The translations under genes and the position numbers were made by a program. From the human T2T-CHM13v2.0 reference genome, Homo sapiens: a DNA stretch of 64,000 bases. Where the stretch lies: assembly GCF_009914755.1 (NCBI RefSeq), contig NC_060934.1, one strand, 5' to 3'. Shown here piece by piece: positions 1 through 16,544 of this stretch. Within the stretch, counting starts at the first letter, position 1, and the number at the start of each line of letters is the position of its first letter. Under the pieces are notes generated by a model. It made no database searches. It was not told the DNA's origin and saw only the letters and a program-made list of their open reading frames with translations.

Positions 1-62
1 GAGAGCTCAAAAGTGGGAACCTCTAGAGAGCTCAAAAGTGGGAACCTCTAGAGAGCTCAAAA
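1..62. repeat. Perfect 25-bp tandem repeat (gagagctcaaaagtgggaacctcta) x2.5, may extend beyond window start
   Basis: Units at 1-25, 26-50, partial 51-62. Confidence 0.9.
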
Positions 63-317
63 CAGTAACACAATTTCTTGGGAATATGTCTGCTATGCTC
101 TCTCCAGAACCACTCAAAATGAGGGTTGCTGTTTTTAAGACTGCTACTGTGCTCAAGGAAGGGGTGGGGCAAGACCGAGTTAAAATACTACACAGTTCTC
201 TTGTGGTGTTCAAGCCACATTTTATTGATGTGGCATTGCTTGGTTGCTTTAAATCTTTAACTGTTTTTCAGAGTTCTAACAAAATTGGAGCATAAGCCTT
301 TGGACTTCCCTGCTGCA

Positions 318-354
<37 letters not shown>

Positions 355-399
355 AGCACTCTTCAAATACCCTAATAGTTTTTTTCCTTGATACAAATT

Positions 400-1010
400 T
401 ACAATTGACTTTGAATTTTATATGTATAGCATTTCAGTAGACCAAGAATAACCAAGTGAGTCCTGAAGAAAATGAACAAGGCCAAAGGACCTACCCTAAC
501 AGATATCAAGATTCATTATGCAGCTATATCAATTATGATTATGTGCTTTTGGTGCAAGCCTGGATGAACTGATGAAATTGAACAAAGTCTCAGATATTGA
601 CCCTTTTATATATGGAAAATTTTGTTGATGACAGAGCCAGCAGTATAATAAATGGCTTTGGGACAACTGGTTATTTATAAAGGAAAAAACTAATTTGATA
701 TATGATCAAATATGATACTGATGATATAAGTATATGACCTGGAGCAAGAAACAATCACAAAACAAATACAAATCATAAAAGGCAATATTGATAAATTCAC
801 CTATATTAAATTTATAAGCTCCGTATATAAATAATTCATAAAGAGAGGGGCAAGAGAAATTTCAAACAGGGGCAAAATTTGGATCATGTATACCTGACGT
901 ATATGTGTATTTAATCACATGAAGGATTATCTAGATTATATAGATAATGTCTACTTATCAGTAAGTAAATGATTAAACAAATCATTACAAAATAAAAAGG
1001 CATTTCACAG
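400..1010 (+). mobile_element. Ancient L1ME-type ORF2 3' fragment
   Basis: Degenerate L1 motifs (ccctaacagatatcaagattcattat, ggacaactgg, A-rich); boundaries approximate. Confidence 0.5.
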
Positions 1011-1424
1011 TGGATCAGTTTTTATTTTTCACTCATTTTTATCAACAATGATCTAGATTTAGCAGTATCAGTAATTGATGCTGTGGGTTTCCTCAGTAAT
1101 TGAGAAAGGCACTGTTCTCGTTAAACTAGGAGTGGTTTAAATTATTGTAGAACTATGGCTACAATGAGTGGTTGAATTGATATACGCTAAAGTTTCCCAT
1201 CAGGTTCCAGTGCAGGAAGGGAAGTTTTGAGAACCCCGGAATCTTTCTTGACAGTGGAAAGAATTAGTTATTCCTAGGTATAATGTGCTTTAGTGGACAT
1301 TATTTTCTAAACACTTACGTAGCTGAAAATATTTTTCTTCTGACACAGACATTAATTTGCTTTGGTATATTTTCTGAAGGATCTCAGCACTTTTTGCGTA
1401 GATTTATGCTTTCTTATTTAGCTT

Positions 1425-1613
1425 AGTGATTCTCAGACTTTAGCATGCAAAGCAATCACCTGCAGGTCTAGTTACAACACAAATTGTTAGTCCCACTTCT
1501 AGAATTTCTGATTTAGTAGGGTAGCGTGGGGCCTGAGAATTTTCAGTACTAATAAGTATGCTTGTAGGTGGTGCTGATGCTGTTGCTGTGGCTCCTTACT
1601 TTTTGAACCACAG
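1425..1613. mobile_element. MER5A-like hAT-Charlie DNA transposon
   Basis: agtgattctc...aatcacctg...gggcctgagaatt...ttgaaccacag. Confidence 0.65.
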
Positions 1614-1833
1614 ATCTAGAGTTAGTGTTGCGGAAGATAAATTTAATTTATCTAGTTTAATTTTTGTTCAATCTTATGTTACTCCCTGAATGCACGTAGT
1701 AACATTTTACTTTAATAATGTAATTGAAAACTTTTACCCAATTTGATAGGGTGGGGTTTTTGTTTTTGTAGCAAATGTAATCACTTTAACATTAGATATT
1801 TAAATGGTAAATACTGATATTTTGAACTGTGTA

Positions 1834-2122
1834 TGGATGCTCCTCAACTTATGAGGGAGTTACATACTGATAAACCCATCATAAGTTGAATTTTTCATAT
1901 GGTGAAAGTGCATTTAATACACCTGACCTACCAAACATTGTAACTTAGCCTACCCTACCTTAAATGTGCTGAGAACACTGGACATTAGCCTGCAGTTGGG
2001 CAAAATCATCTAACACAAAACCTATTTTATAAGGAAGTGTTGAATAGCTCATGAAACTTATTGAATACTGTACTGAAAGTGAAAAACAGAATGGTTGTAG
2101 GTGTATGTGGAGTTCAGTTTCT
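1834..2122. mobile_element. Tigger3/MER7-like TcMar fragment
   Basis: gatgctcctcaacttatga...gataaacccatcataagttg...tactgaaagtgaaaaacagaatggttgta. Confidence 0.7.
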
Positions 2123-2361
2123 ATTGGTTTTTGTATATTTAGTCAGTTTCTCTTGTAATTTCTCAAACAAGTAATTTGCATTTTTCATTAAAAATATTAA
2201 GTAGTATTATATTTTATATCTTGATTTTCTAGACCGTTTAGCAGGAACAGAGTTGTATTGAGAAGATAGTGTTGGGAAGGTGATGCTTTTTGTTATTGTA
2301 CTTGCTGCTGTATGAAAAAAATATAATGCTCCTCTGAAAGGAATTTAAATTTTATTCCTTA

Positions 2362-2367
2362 CATATA

Positions 2368-2430
<63 letters not shown>
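2362..2430. repeat. Compound (TG)n(TA)n microsatellite
   Basis: About 10 TG then about 21 TA units, read directly. Confidence 0.95.
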
Positions 2431-2435
<5 letters not shown>

Positions 2436-2443
2436 TATGTACA

Positions 2444-2767
<324 letters not shown>

Positions 2768-2812
2768 TAAATTTGGGAATTGTTTGGGGGCCACCTAATA
2801 TAGATATATTAG

Positions 2813-3088
2813 GGCCAGGCATGATGGCTCATGCTCAGTGTTTTGGGAGACTGACATGGGAGGATTGCTTGTGGCCAGGAGTTCGAGACCAGCCTGGGCA
2901 ACATGGCCAAACTCCATCCCTATTAAAAACAAAATTAAAAATTAGCCAGGCATGGGGGTGTGCCCATGTAGTCCTAGCTACTCAGGAGGCTGAGGCAAGA
3001 GGATCACTTGAGCCCAGGAGTTCAACGTTATAGTGAGCTATGAGTGCACCGCTGCACTCAAGCCTGGGTGACAGTGAGATTCTGTCTC
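2813..3088 (+). mobile_element. AluJ
   Basis: ggccaggcatgatggctc...gaggatcacttgagcccaggag (J-type). Confidence 0.88.
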
Positions 3089-3348
3089 TCTTTCCCTCTT
3101 TCTCCCTTTTTATATATAAAAAGAAAAATTATTTTTAAATTCTAGAAAGAAGTTGTCTATGCAAGGTGAACTAAAAGCACTGTCTGTAAATAAAAAATTT
3201 TAAGTTTCAACTACAGATTTATAAAGTTATATTTTAATACTTAGTACATTTTTGTGATTGAAAATTGCAAAAGACTGAACTAAATATTATATTATACATT
3301 GTGAAGCATTCTAATTTTAAATGTGTTAATTAAAACTTTATTTTTCAG

Positions 3349-3369
3349 ATTTTGGAATCTCTTTTTAAG
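3349..3369 (+). CDS. CCDC7: CCDC7 internal coding microexon (21 nt, ILESLFK), phase 0-0
   Basis: tttttcag|ATTTTGGAATCTCTTTTTAAG|gtacgt; joins in frame with the next seven exons; peptide matches recalled human CCDC7. Confidence 0.85.
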
Positions 3370-3682
3370 GTACGTTCAATATATTACAGCTTAAGCCTAC
3401 TAAAACTTAACACAGAAATACATGCCAATGAAGAAGAGGTTTCTAAATTTTAAGGGAGTAGAAGGAATTCCATACTTGCTGCTCTATATATTTAAGAATT
3501 TTATGTTCATTTGTATAGTGCATTAGCCCCATTCTGAATCCCAAGTGATGTTTCGGTCAGGGCTGATATTTGATGGATGAAGATTCAGAGACACAGACAC
3601 ACATTTATATAGATATTTATTTCATCAGTGCAATTTAAATAGTCACTATTTCTTTTTTTGTCCCTCTTTTGTTTTCTTAAAG

Positions 3683-3715
3683 TGGTTTCAGTGGCAGGTC
3701 AATCAGATGGAAGAA
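3683..3715 (+). CDS. CCDC7: CCDC7 coding exon (33 nt, WFQWQVNQMEE), phase 0-0
   Basis: Pyrimidine tract + ttaaag|TGG...GAAGAA|gtaagt. Confidence 0.88.
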
Positions 3716-5160
3716 GTAAGTCTAACGTTTTAAAATTGTTAAGTTAATATTTTTTAACTCATTTGAAAAGCAATTTGGATTATGTATAAGTTAAGTATGT
3801 ATAAGTCATTTTTGAATAACTGTTGGTTATAAAGTAACCTTTTGGTTTGGGTAGACAAGGAATAAGTGGATGGGATAAAATATTTCTCAGTGACCTACAC
3901 CCTATATCCCTGCATATATCTGATATACTCCAAGTTTGACTGACACATTTTTTTTCCTAAAATTGAATAATGGAAACTAAGTTATTATTTTTTCCAATTT
4001 ACATAAAAGGGTGATGAGAGAACCTTTCACTTTAAATATTTCTACCATATTTTAAAAAATCATGCTAAATGATTATGTATGTGTAGACATAAAATTATGT
4101 ATTGATTTTCTATAGATGAAATATGTTATTTTAATGATGTTCTTTTACACTTTTGATTCAGGCACTTTGCCATTAGTTTGAGAACTACTGGTCTCTGTCC
4201 TTAGGGGCTTTTAATTCTACTTTGGAAAATACTTTATATATGCTGTCAGTATATTAGAATGATTTCCAGGGTAGCTTTACTGATTTACAGTATTATTTTA
4301 GTTCTCATTTGGTCACACTTATGGTTCAGTCCAATTAAACACTCTTGAAGCCCAGGCTTTTCAAAGAAAAGAGGCCAGTTTATTTGGGGGTATTTAAAGG
4401 ATAAATATAGATAGAACCTTAAATGCATGAACTGTGACTATATCCTAGCATCTTCTCATTGTTTTTATCTCTGGTCCCAGAACAGAAGACTTTCATGGTC
4501 TATATGCTGTTTGCTTTAGGATACATTTGACTGACATTGGAAAAGTGTTAGTCATTCTTTGATTATGGCATAGAGGTCATTATCCTTCCAGAGAAGTAGG
4601 GGTAGAGTGAAGTCTACTATTCCTCTACCCTCTTTTAAAATGTGTTCTTCTTTGCAACTTTGGAAATTCATCTTGTCATCTTCTTTTCATCCATCAACCT
4701 CTTTTTATTATTTTATTAATGGGTTTACTTTTACTCTTCTTTTGCACTCAGTCCTGTCAATGTACATGACCTATCCAAAACCCTGGCTTCTCACTTTCTT
4801 GACTTCCTCATCTCCAAAGATCTCTTGGCCTCCACTTCCAGTCACACTCTGGAACTTGTCATTAACTAAATTACTTTTTAAAAATTACTAATTTAGGCAA
4901 CTTATTCTTGAACTGTAAATTTCTGTTTTTCCAATTATTACTTTAAATACTGCTCTGGCCACCAAACACTTGGAATGCTCTAAATACAAGCTGTTGGTTG
5001 GAACTCCTTCAATTCCTGCTACCTAACACAATATTAACGTCTGTACTCATTTTCTCTTTCTTTTTTCCTGTTAAGACAGATATATTGTTCTTTCTTATAC
5101 ATATGACTAATTATTTCACTTCTGTTTTGGATTTCATATCCTCTTGCCTTCTCAAGACTT

Positions 5161-5479
5161 TGTGTTTGTTTGTTTGTTTGTTTGTTTGTGTTTTTGAGAA
5201 CTTGATCTCATTCTGGTTGCCCTGGCTGGACTGCAGTGATTTGATCTCGGCTCACTGAAGCCTTGACCTCCCGGGCTCAGGTGATTCTCCAACCTTAGCC
5301 TCTCAAGTAGCTGGGACCACGGGCATGAGCCACCATGCCTGGCTAATTGGTATTTTTTTTAGTAGAGATGGGGTTTTGCCATGTTGCCCAGGCTAGTCTT
5401 GAACTCCTGGATTCATGCAATTCCCTTGCCTCCGCCTCCCAAAGTGCTGGGATTACAGGCGTGAGCCACTGTGCCCTGC
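5161..5479 (-). mobile_element. AluJ with (TTTG)n tail
   Basis: Dimer; gccatgttgccccaggct J-type motif. Confidence 0.88.
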
Positions 5480-5929
5480 CGTGCCCTCTCAAGAACTTTG
5501 ATTAATTATTCTCTCTTGTATATTCAGTTTCTCTCATTCAATTTATCCTTCTTTTCAGTTTTTAAATATGCTCTTCTATCTCTTATTTGATCCACATTCC
5601 TCTCTAAAGGCCTATTTCCATGTCCTTTATTAGCCTGTTTTTAAAAAAATTATTTTGTATGCAAATTTACTCATATTAGGGAAACAATCATTAGATTATT
5701 ATCAGGGTGTAAAGGCAAAACTGGTTTATAAGTGAGTAGGAGAAAAATAGAGTAGACAGTCTTTGAACAATGAAACTAGTTTTTTTTTTTTTTAAAAGTA
5801 TTCAACGAATAAACTGGCACCTAGTGAAAAGATTAATCTGGGCACTCTTTCCTTGTAAGAGACAACTAAGGTTATTAAGTAAAACAGTTAGAGTTGTTAA
5901 TGGATTTCCTATAATAACCCTTAAGAGTT

Positions 5930-6730
5930 TAGCCATGGAGCATGTGTCACCCATTCAGAGCCACATTTATTTTTATATTCATTTACTATACACTATGCTC
6001 TTACTTCCCAAACATTTCTCAATCTATCCAGACTGAATTCTGTCTCCCTAACAAGTAAAACATTCTCTCCATATGGTTCCCAGTAAGTTGTATGTTGTTA
6101 AATTAAACAGACTTTTTTTTTTTTTGCCTCAGCTATAGTTAATATTATTGATCGTGCCCTCATTTTTGAAACACTAGTCCTTTGGCTTCTGTGAATTACA
6201 TTTTCCTGGCTATTGTTTTACCTCTTTGGCTGTCTTCTTTTTAGAGTCCCCTCCTAAACCCAACCAGTAAATGTTGGAGTACCTCAAAGTTTTATCCTAT
6301 GCCTTTTTTCTTTTTACTCCAAACTTTCTCCCTAGGCAGTCTCATCCAGTTTTTCCATTCAAGTATTACCTTTATGCATGTAATTTAGAAACATAAACCT
6401 CTTGCTCAAAATGTTTCCCTGAACTCCAGGCTTTGTATATAATTACTTACTAGACTATTCCACCTCAGATGCAATGGGTCAGAAATATGAATTTTTACTC
6501 CTAAACTCATATCTCTTCTAGTGTTCCCTATCTTAGTGAATGAGTACTATTTATCAAATTGGGTAAATGTGAAATGTGGAAACCATTCCTGACAACTCAC
6601 TTCCATCTATTCCTGATATTTAATCTATCCACAAGTCCTCTGGGTTTTACTTTCTAAATAACTGTCAGATGTGTCCACTTTTCTCTGTGTCTACACCTTA
6701 TTGTTGGTTACTATCATATCCATTTTGCCT
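5930..6730 (+). mobile_element. L2 fragment(s)
   Basis: CT-rich L2 3' motifs (gaaacactagtcctttggcttctgtg, aaatgttggagtacctcaa, acaagtcctctgggttttac); boundaries approximate. Confidence 0.6.
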
Positions 6731-6919
6731 GAAATCCCAACCAGTGCATTCATAATCACCAGGAGGAACCCCCACTGCACAGTATACTTCTGATCTGGAA
6801 TTTCAAGTTTTTCAATGTTTAAACCCATAATTACTTATCTTTAATATTTTATTAATTTGGTGTACCAGATATATGATCTAAAGGTTTGTATTATGTACTG
6901 TTTTTCAAGGAGTGTTTCT

Positions 6920-9308
<2,389 letters not shown>

Positions 9309-9314
9309 TCAAGG

Positions 9315-9485
9315 AATGTTTCTTAAAGTGTAGTTGATAGAACACGTTTAAATGTCAGCCAAGATACCTGTTATAAGTGCACATTACTGGATTAGATTTC
9401 TTTTGTGAGTCTCTGAGTTAGGAGTCTACTGCTTCAACAGGTAGGAAACAAGGGATTCTTATGCACACTAACATTTGAGAATCTT
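9315..9485. mobile_element. MER5-like fragment
   Basis: tgtttcttaaagtgtag...gattcttatgcacactaacatttgagaa. Confidence 0.5.
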
Positions 9486-9818
9486 GTGATAATCTTTTTA
9501 CTGCTGACATAATTTATTGTTAGTACATGCTGGTAAGGTTAATGTCAGTGATCATTTTGCATTACATGTTGCATTAACAGAGATACATGTGGAAACTATT
9601 AGAGAATATGGTGAGCTACACCAGAGAAATGTAGGCTGAACCTACAGTAGCCTGTACACTTCAGAATTGTCTTGCTGGAATCTGTGCCCCAAAGATCTTT
9701 CTGAAGAAACCGTTTAGCTGATAACCCACTATCTATTCCATACTCTTTTAGTTCTGTGCCTTTATCTTTTTTCCCAGAAAGGACTTCTGTTAAAATTTAA
9801 TCTGTATTGGGAAATGTG

Positions 9819-10629
9819 ATGTATCGAGAGTCTAATCAAGGGACAAAAACCACACAGTAATTTGGTTAGGGAAAGTTTAATATAAAGAATTATTGTAACA
9901 GAGGAATATCTACTAAAGGATATTGATAGACATTCTACTAAAGGAGTAAAGATAATTCTAATGAATACAGGAGTAGAAGATAGAGGGAACAACTTCAACT
10001 CCTAGGATGGAATCAGAATATGAATATCCCCAATCATTCCCTCCCAGCAACGCAGGGCTAAGATGCAGAACTTCTGAAGAGGGAGCAGCTTTCATCACTA
10101 CATGGCAGAGAAGTCTGCTGGGCTGCAAGGCTGGTGGAGCTCGAACTCACTGGGAAGGTGTCCATGAGGGTGGTACACTTAGGAATCTGCCCTCTGTGAT
10201 GCTAGGAAAAGCCACCTTCCAGAGAGGTGTTGTACTTCCTGCTGGGAAGCTGTTCACAAGGGTGATATGTTGGAAAACTTCCCTAAGGGAGGCTCTGCAC
10301 TGGTGGATTTTGCTACGAAGTTCTGGGGGAAGCTGCCCATAGGAATCTGCCATGCCAGGGACCTTACCAGGAAGCCATCCATCAGGTGATGCTGTTGAAA
10401 TTTTCTGGGGGTGAGTACTATAAAATATACTACACACTACCTGAGGAAGAAGCAGAGAGAGATACACAGAACTAGGAAGAAAATCTTCTTCCTCTTCTAG
10501 TGCCTCTTCAGGACCCTCTACTGAAAAAGGCTAACATCAGGCCACCTGTCAGGGAAGAAATATTCCACTATCACAGACAAGACAATGAAGAATAGATTTT
10601 TGAGATGAGATGCAGTAAATTGATGACAT
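9819..10629. mobile_element. Ancient solo LTR (LTR78/LTR79-like)
   Basis: tgtatc...aaaccacacagtaattt...tttaatataaagaatt start and ccctctactgaaaaaggctaacatc...aaattgatgaca end; family recalled by eye. Confidence 0.45.
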
Positions 10630-11726
10630 TATTTTTGACTCAATTTATGATTTGCGGCTTCTTATTTGGAATATTTTCTTTGTCTATAGAATTTCCTTAG
10701 GTCTCCTGCTTCTCTTCCACCTATTCTGTGTTCCTTGCCATATCTTCCCTATACCCAAGCTCAGACTTCTAGTGCATTGCCCAGCATTCACTTCTGCTGT
10801 TATATCCTACTCTCATTCCAGTCATTACAAAAATGAAGTCTCTGTTCTAAATCCCCAGTGCTAGAATTTATCTTTGCTAAGTCCTTGACTTCATTTTTTC
10901 CCCAACTTTTCCTCCTAGCATAAGGATTGGAGATGTCTACATGGGTGGATCTCTGAATTTAGGGCAAGCAATTATTTTAACATTACTCTTGTGCCATTTT
11001 CCTATCAAAACTTGCTGACCCCAATTGCTATTCTGCTTGTTTATGTCTCCACACATTGGCTGTTTGTAGGTTTCTTTTGCTGTGGTTTTTGGACACTCAT
11101 TCTTGCTGAATTTTCTTTAAGTAAACTTATTACCTAGAATAGTAATTATGGTCATCTTATTCTGTGAATCTTGCTGTTTCTTTCCACGGCTTGTTATTTT
11201 TTAGCTTGATCTATTCCAAAGGTCTCAAGACAGCCAAATATGTCACAGTCTTCCCCATGCAGACTGGAAAAATGCTAGTTCCATAGATCTTTATATTTTA
11301 ACTTCTGGGAGTTAGTAATAGACAGTATTAGCCTTTGAGAGAAAATTACTGTCTTTAGATAATTTACTACAGTAAGGGTATTCTTAAAAAGAATTTATGG
11401 GAAACAATTTAGAATGACTCTTGTAAATATTTTGAGTTGCATTTATTGTTATTGGACTTGCTTAAAATTCCTATATATTAAAGCAATAAACAGACAGTTA
11501 GATTTCAGGCTTTACATGTAAAAGCCATCACTGAGCTATAGTTCTATTCATAGATAATTGCTCATATAAATATATTTGTAAAATATTGTATCATTACTTG
11601 GCTATAGCTATAGATAAGAAAAATATAAAAATTACTTTGATTTAATAAAGGAAATAATGAAATTTATTTGAGGTATGGGAACAAAATGGGTATTTACTAA
11701 ATAACTGGTTAATTTTATTATTTTAG

Positions 11727-11894
<168 letters not shown>

Positions 11895-12054
11895 TAAGTG
11901 AAATATAAGAACTAATTGAATTAAAAACAGTAAGAAAGGGTATATAATTAGCACTGAATGTAAGATAATGGGTCAGATATGATGGCTATACACAGAGCTT
12001 CTTAGTCAAATCAGGTCTAGTCAGCTTGTTTCTATTTGCAATTTTAAATAATCT

Positions 12055-12198
12055 GAGATGTACAATACAGGAGACATTTGCTGCATGTGGCTATGCAAAT
12101 TCAATGTAGAAAATCAGTTTCTTAGTCACACTAGCCGCATTTAAAGTGCTTAGTACCTACATGTGGCTGTTATTAGAAAGTTATATTGGACATTGCTA
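12055..12198. mobile_element. MER3/MER33-like hAT element
   Basis: catgtggcta...cttagtcacactagccgcatttaaagtgct...tattggaca. Confidence 0.6.
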
Positions 12199-12574
12199 GC
12201 TTTGAAATATCTGGCTTATAAACTCTTCTCTCAGTTTGATTAGGAAACTCCTAGTAATAAATAGGAAACTAAGATCTAATGAAATACTTCATTGTTCATG
12301 AACACCTTCATTAATTATATTAACAGCTTATCAAGTAAAATTTTTACATTTATAAGCAACCATGTTTTTGCATTAGACAGATAAAACATTCTTTTTTTGT
12401 GTTAAAATAGAATATACATACCCATAGTTGGGAGGGGCCACTAGTTATGCAGTTACTTTAGTGATATCTCTGTCAATAACTGAAAATAATGAAGAGAGTG
12501 GTACTTGAGTTGGCTCCTGGGGGTTGCATAAGTAGATCCTTGGTTCAAAGATTAAGGTTTAGACCATATTCATA

Positions 12575-12820
12575 CTTGACATTTAAGTGTCTGCTGTGTA
12601 CTAGCGATTTTTGTAGTAACTTTACATGTATAATCTTTGATTTTCATAACTACTTTATGAGAAAGGTACTATTATACCCCAATTTTAATGAGAATAAACT
12701 GAAGCCAATAGAGGTTAAGTAATATACCTGGCTGAGGTCATATAATTAGTAAATGGATGAAACAGGTTTTGACCCAAAGGTCAGGTAGTCTCACTCTGGA
12801 ACTTATGTCCTTCATCATTA
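12575..12820 (-). mobile_element. MIR
   Basis: tattataccccaattttaatgagaataaactgaag...gaggttaagtaa MIR core. Confidence 0.7.
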
Positions 12821-13143
12821 TACGATTGATAATAATACTTCGACAAAAAGATACCTCATGTTTCTAACAATTTATTTTTGCTGTTTTTGTTGTGAATGTT
12901 TTTGGTATACTTAATTATATTCATGGCCTACATGGAATTCATATAATTACATAGTTTAGTTTGACTTTTCAACTTGTAACTTGTAAGTTTACCTTAGTGT
13001 CTGTGAGTAAAGATTAAAGATATGTTTAATTTTTATTCTACAAACTTCATATGTCTGGACTTCACATTTTAGTTATTTTAGTGTAATTTAAACTCTTACT
13101 CTTTGATATATTAAAAAATATTTCATTTATCGAACTTTAACAG

Positions 13144-13205
13144 GGATAAAGAAAATCGACCAGAAGCAGTGAAAAGTTGTGAAGCTCTGGCACAGAAAAT
13201 TGAAG
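13144..13205 (+). CDS. CCDC7: CCDC7 coding exon (62 nt, (M)DKENRPEAVKSCEALAQKIE+G)
   Basis: aacag|GGATAAA...GAAG|gtgat; phases 2-1 fit both neighbours. Confidence 0.9.
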
Positions 13206-13254
13206 GTGATAATATTTTATATATGTTTATCCTTAAAAATTTTATTAAAAATTT

Positions 13255-13557
13255 TGTTATTATTTTTATCTTTTAAAGAGAGGGTCTCACTCTGTCACCC
13301 ATGCTGGAGTGTAGTGGCATGAATATCGCTCACTGCAGCCTCAAACTCTTGGGCTCAAGTGATCCTCTCTGCTCAGCCTTTTGAGGTAGCTAGGACCACA
13401 GGCACAGGCCACTGAGGCCAGCTGATTTTTTTTTTTTTGTACAGATGGAGGTCTCACTATGTCGCCCAGGCTGGTCTTGAACTTCTGGCCTCAAGTGATC
13501 CTCCCACCTCGGGCTCCTAAAATGTTGGGATTACAGGCATGAGCCGCCATGCCCGGC
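13255..13557 (-). mobile_element. AluJ
   Basis: gggtctcactctgtc...tgggctcaagtgatcctc J-type dimer. Confidence 0.88.
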
Positions 13558-13689
13558 ATGTTTGACTTTTGTGGGGTTTCCTAAGTGTATGAACATTTTG
13601 AGACTTAAAGTTAAAAATTTACAGTTATAAAATTATACAATGGTAAATTTAGATAATACTTAATAGTGAGTTTGATATTTTAATAAAAG

Positions 13690-14430
13690 TTTTTATTATG
13701 TTCCAAATTCTGGGAACATACAAAATGAATACAATGTGTATCCCCTATACAGACAACAATGTGGTTGTTACTTCCATAAAATTTACAGCTTAGTAAGGAT
13801 ACAAGTACATTATCTAGCATGTTAGTACAGTGTCATGCATGATAAAGGTATGTGGAATTTGCATTGGGTCCACAGAAAGGAGCAATCTGTTCAACCTAAG
13901 GAGTTAGAAGGCTTTATGCAACTTTAAAGGGTGAATAGGATTTAGTCAAGTAAAGAAGGGAAATATTTGGTATTTTAAGAAGACAATAGCATGAACAAAC
14001 AACATGCATAGAGAATTACAACTGGATTGGTATTAGAGTAAGAAGCAATATATAGGGATGAAGTAACAGAGGGCCTAGTCATAGTGGGAATGGATGCTCT
14101 GCTAAGGAGCTTAGACTTTTTTCAAAAATAATAATCATTGAAGATTTTTTGTAGGATTTAATTTTAGAGAAGTTTTTTCCTGATTGCACTGTAGAAGCTA
14201 GATTTGGGGACTAGGAGTAGGAAAGGGAAGTTATTATACCTTAGATGTGTGATCAGTACCTATATTCAGAGACTAGTGAAAAGAAGAAGGGAGTCAGGTT
14301 TGAGAAATATTTACTTGAAAGTTGATGATTGGATATGGAAGGAAGGAAGACTAGATAATGATGGTACCATCAATGAATATAAGAGAATACAAGAGCAAAA
14401 ACAAGTTTTGATGAGAAAGTGATGTTTATA
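13690..14430 (-). mobile_element. L2 fragment
   Basis: Purine-rich antisense L2 (gctaaggagcttagacttt, gttgatgattggatatgg); boundaries approximate. Confidence 0.5.
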
Positions 14431-14629
14431 ATCAGCTGTTACACACATTCTTTTAAATATTACCATTTCTTACCTGATTAGGAAGATCTGCAGTGTTGGC
14501 AGTTATTATTTTTTCAAAGTTTTCTTTCTTCTGAATAAGTTACTAAAATTAAAACAATAAAATTTAAACTCAATTAGTATATATAATTGCCGTTTGAAGT
14601 TTATAGTGACAAATACACTTTTACTTCAG

Positions 14630-14686
14630 AATTCTTAGAAGCCCACTCAACTGATGAATTTAAAGATGTTTCTGCAACAGAACCAC
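14630..14686 (+). CDS. CCDC7: CCDC7 coding exon (57 nt, (E)FLEAHSTDEFKDVSATEP+C), phase 1-1
   Basis: ttacttcag|AATTC...CCAC|gtaagt. Confidence 0.9.
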
Positions 14687-14843
14687 GTAAGTTTCCACTC
14701 ATTAAAGCATTATTGTGATAATAACCTCTGTTACATTAATTTCTATAAAGTAATAATTATTAGGTTAACAGTGCAGACTCCTTGCCTTGGAGTTTGGAGC
14801 CATATAGTTGAGCTGGTTGTCAAGCAAGTATTGAAATTCTTAG

Positions 14844-15252
<409 letters not shown>

Positions 15253-15719
15253 TGATTAGAACGTACTACTGAAATGTTGGCAGGCCTTTGAGGTGTGGCA
15301 GTGATAAATTTAAATAGTTTGTAGATTTTGTTACTAGGAATTATATCCACAAATGCTTTGACTGCAGATGAGTAGTTGTCAGTTCAGGAATATAAAGAAC
15401 TGCTAGAGCTTGTATGTTAAGTTTATGACTATTTGTCAATAGAAAGGAAATTAACTTACTTGTGTCTTAGGGCTGGAGAGAATTTTGAAATAATAGTGTA
15501 AAGCACACTATGGAATACAGTTCAAAAGTAGAAAATAATATTTGCTTGGAACAGGTTGCTGGGAATTCTGCCCTCTTTCAACTTCAGCTTTAAACCCAAA
15601 CGTTGCCATGTTTAAACCAAGGACAGCTGCACATCTTACAGCACTCCCAAGTTCTATAGAGATTTCTGGTTGAAGAGAGCTCTGACTGACTAGGTGGGGT
15701 AGAAAGGTATATAGAACTT

Positions 15720-16120
15720 AGGAGTAGATAGTGAAAACCTCTGTATACATCGAGGGGAATCCTTTGTACATCTATGGACCTCTCAAGAGCTCTCTCTTTT
15801 TCTCTCTCTCAATCTGTATGGTTGCCTTCCTTCTAATATTGTACCTTGGCTTCCACAAACACTGAACTTTGTTTCCTAAACTCAAGGTGACCAGTATGCT
15901 CTGAGTTCCCCTTCCCTACACTGTGGACTGGCAATTCTAGACAGCAAACTGGGGTCATCACAGGGCCTTTCCACTTTATTTCCATATGTACTGCATTCAC
16001 TGTTTTCCAATTTCTGAATACCACTGTTTCATGTATTTTTGTCCAGTATTTAAGTGGTTTAAAGTAGAAAAGTAATTCTGGTCCCTGATGCTCCATCATG
16101 GATGAAAGCAGAAATCCCTG
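15720..16120 (-). mobile_element. Old L1M 5'-end fragment
   Basis: tgtttcatgtatttttgtccag...gtaattctggtccctgatgctccatcatgg resembles L1ME 5' terminus. Confidence 0.45.
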
Positions 16121-16544
16121 TACCCACTTATAGTCTAATGGAATACATCTTCCAATCATAAAACCACATTTCAAAAGGATAAAATATAGTTGAGATTTTG
16201 CTCATGGTTCTAAAGGGGAACAGAGGACAGAATTATATTGTACAATATGGAGAAAATGCTTTGCAAATTCGTAAGATCTTTTTTCAGTGGCAGTTGTTTC
16301 AGGTTCTTAGCTTTACTAGTATTGACCTACTGTCTTTCTCTGTTGCTGTATTTCACTTGTTTACCATAATTTTCTTTTAAAAGTACCTCCTCTCTTCTTC
16401 TCTGGCCACACTTAATCCTCTCTTCCCTTCCTGTTTTCTAAATTCTATTAAATCTTATAGCCTGGCCAGCAAGACAAAAGCTACCTTTGTATTGCACTCT
16501 GGTTTTGCTTTCAGGTCACAATTTCATCTTGATGTTGCTTCATT

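Noticed and set aside
1-62. 25-bp repeats as a CRISPR-like array
   Set aside because: Units are head-to-tail with no spacers; the context is primate intronic DNA
10007-10467. Overlapping 111-aa and 106-aa ORFs
   Set aside because: Lie in an LTR-like repeat; no recognisable domain and not needed for the CCDC7 frame
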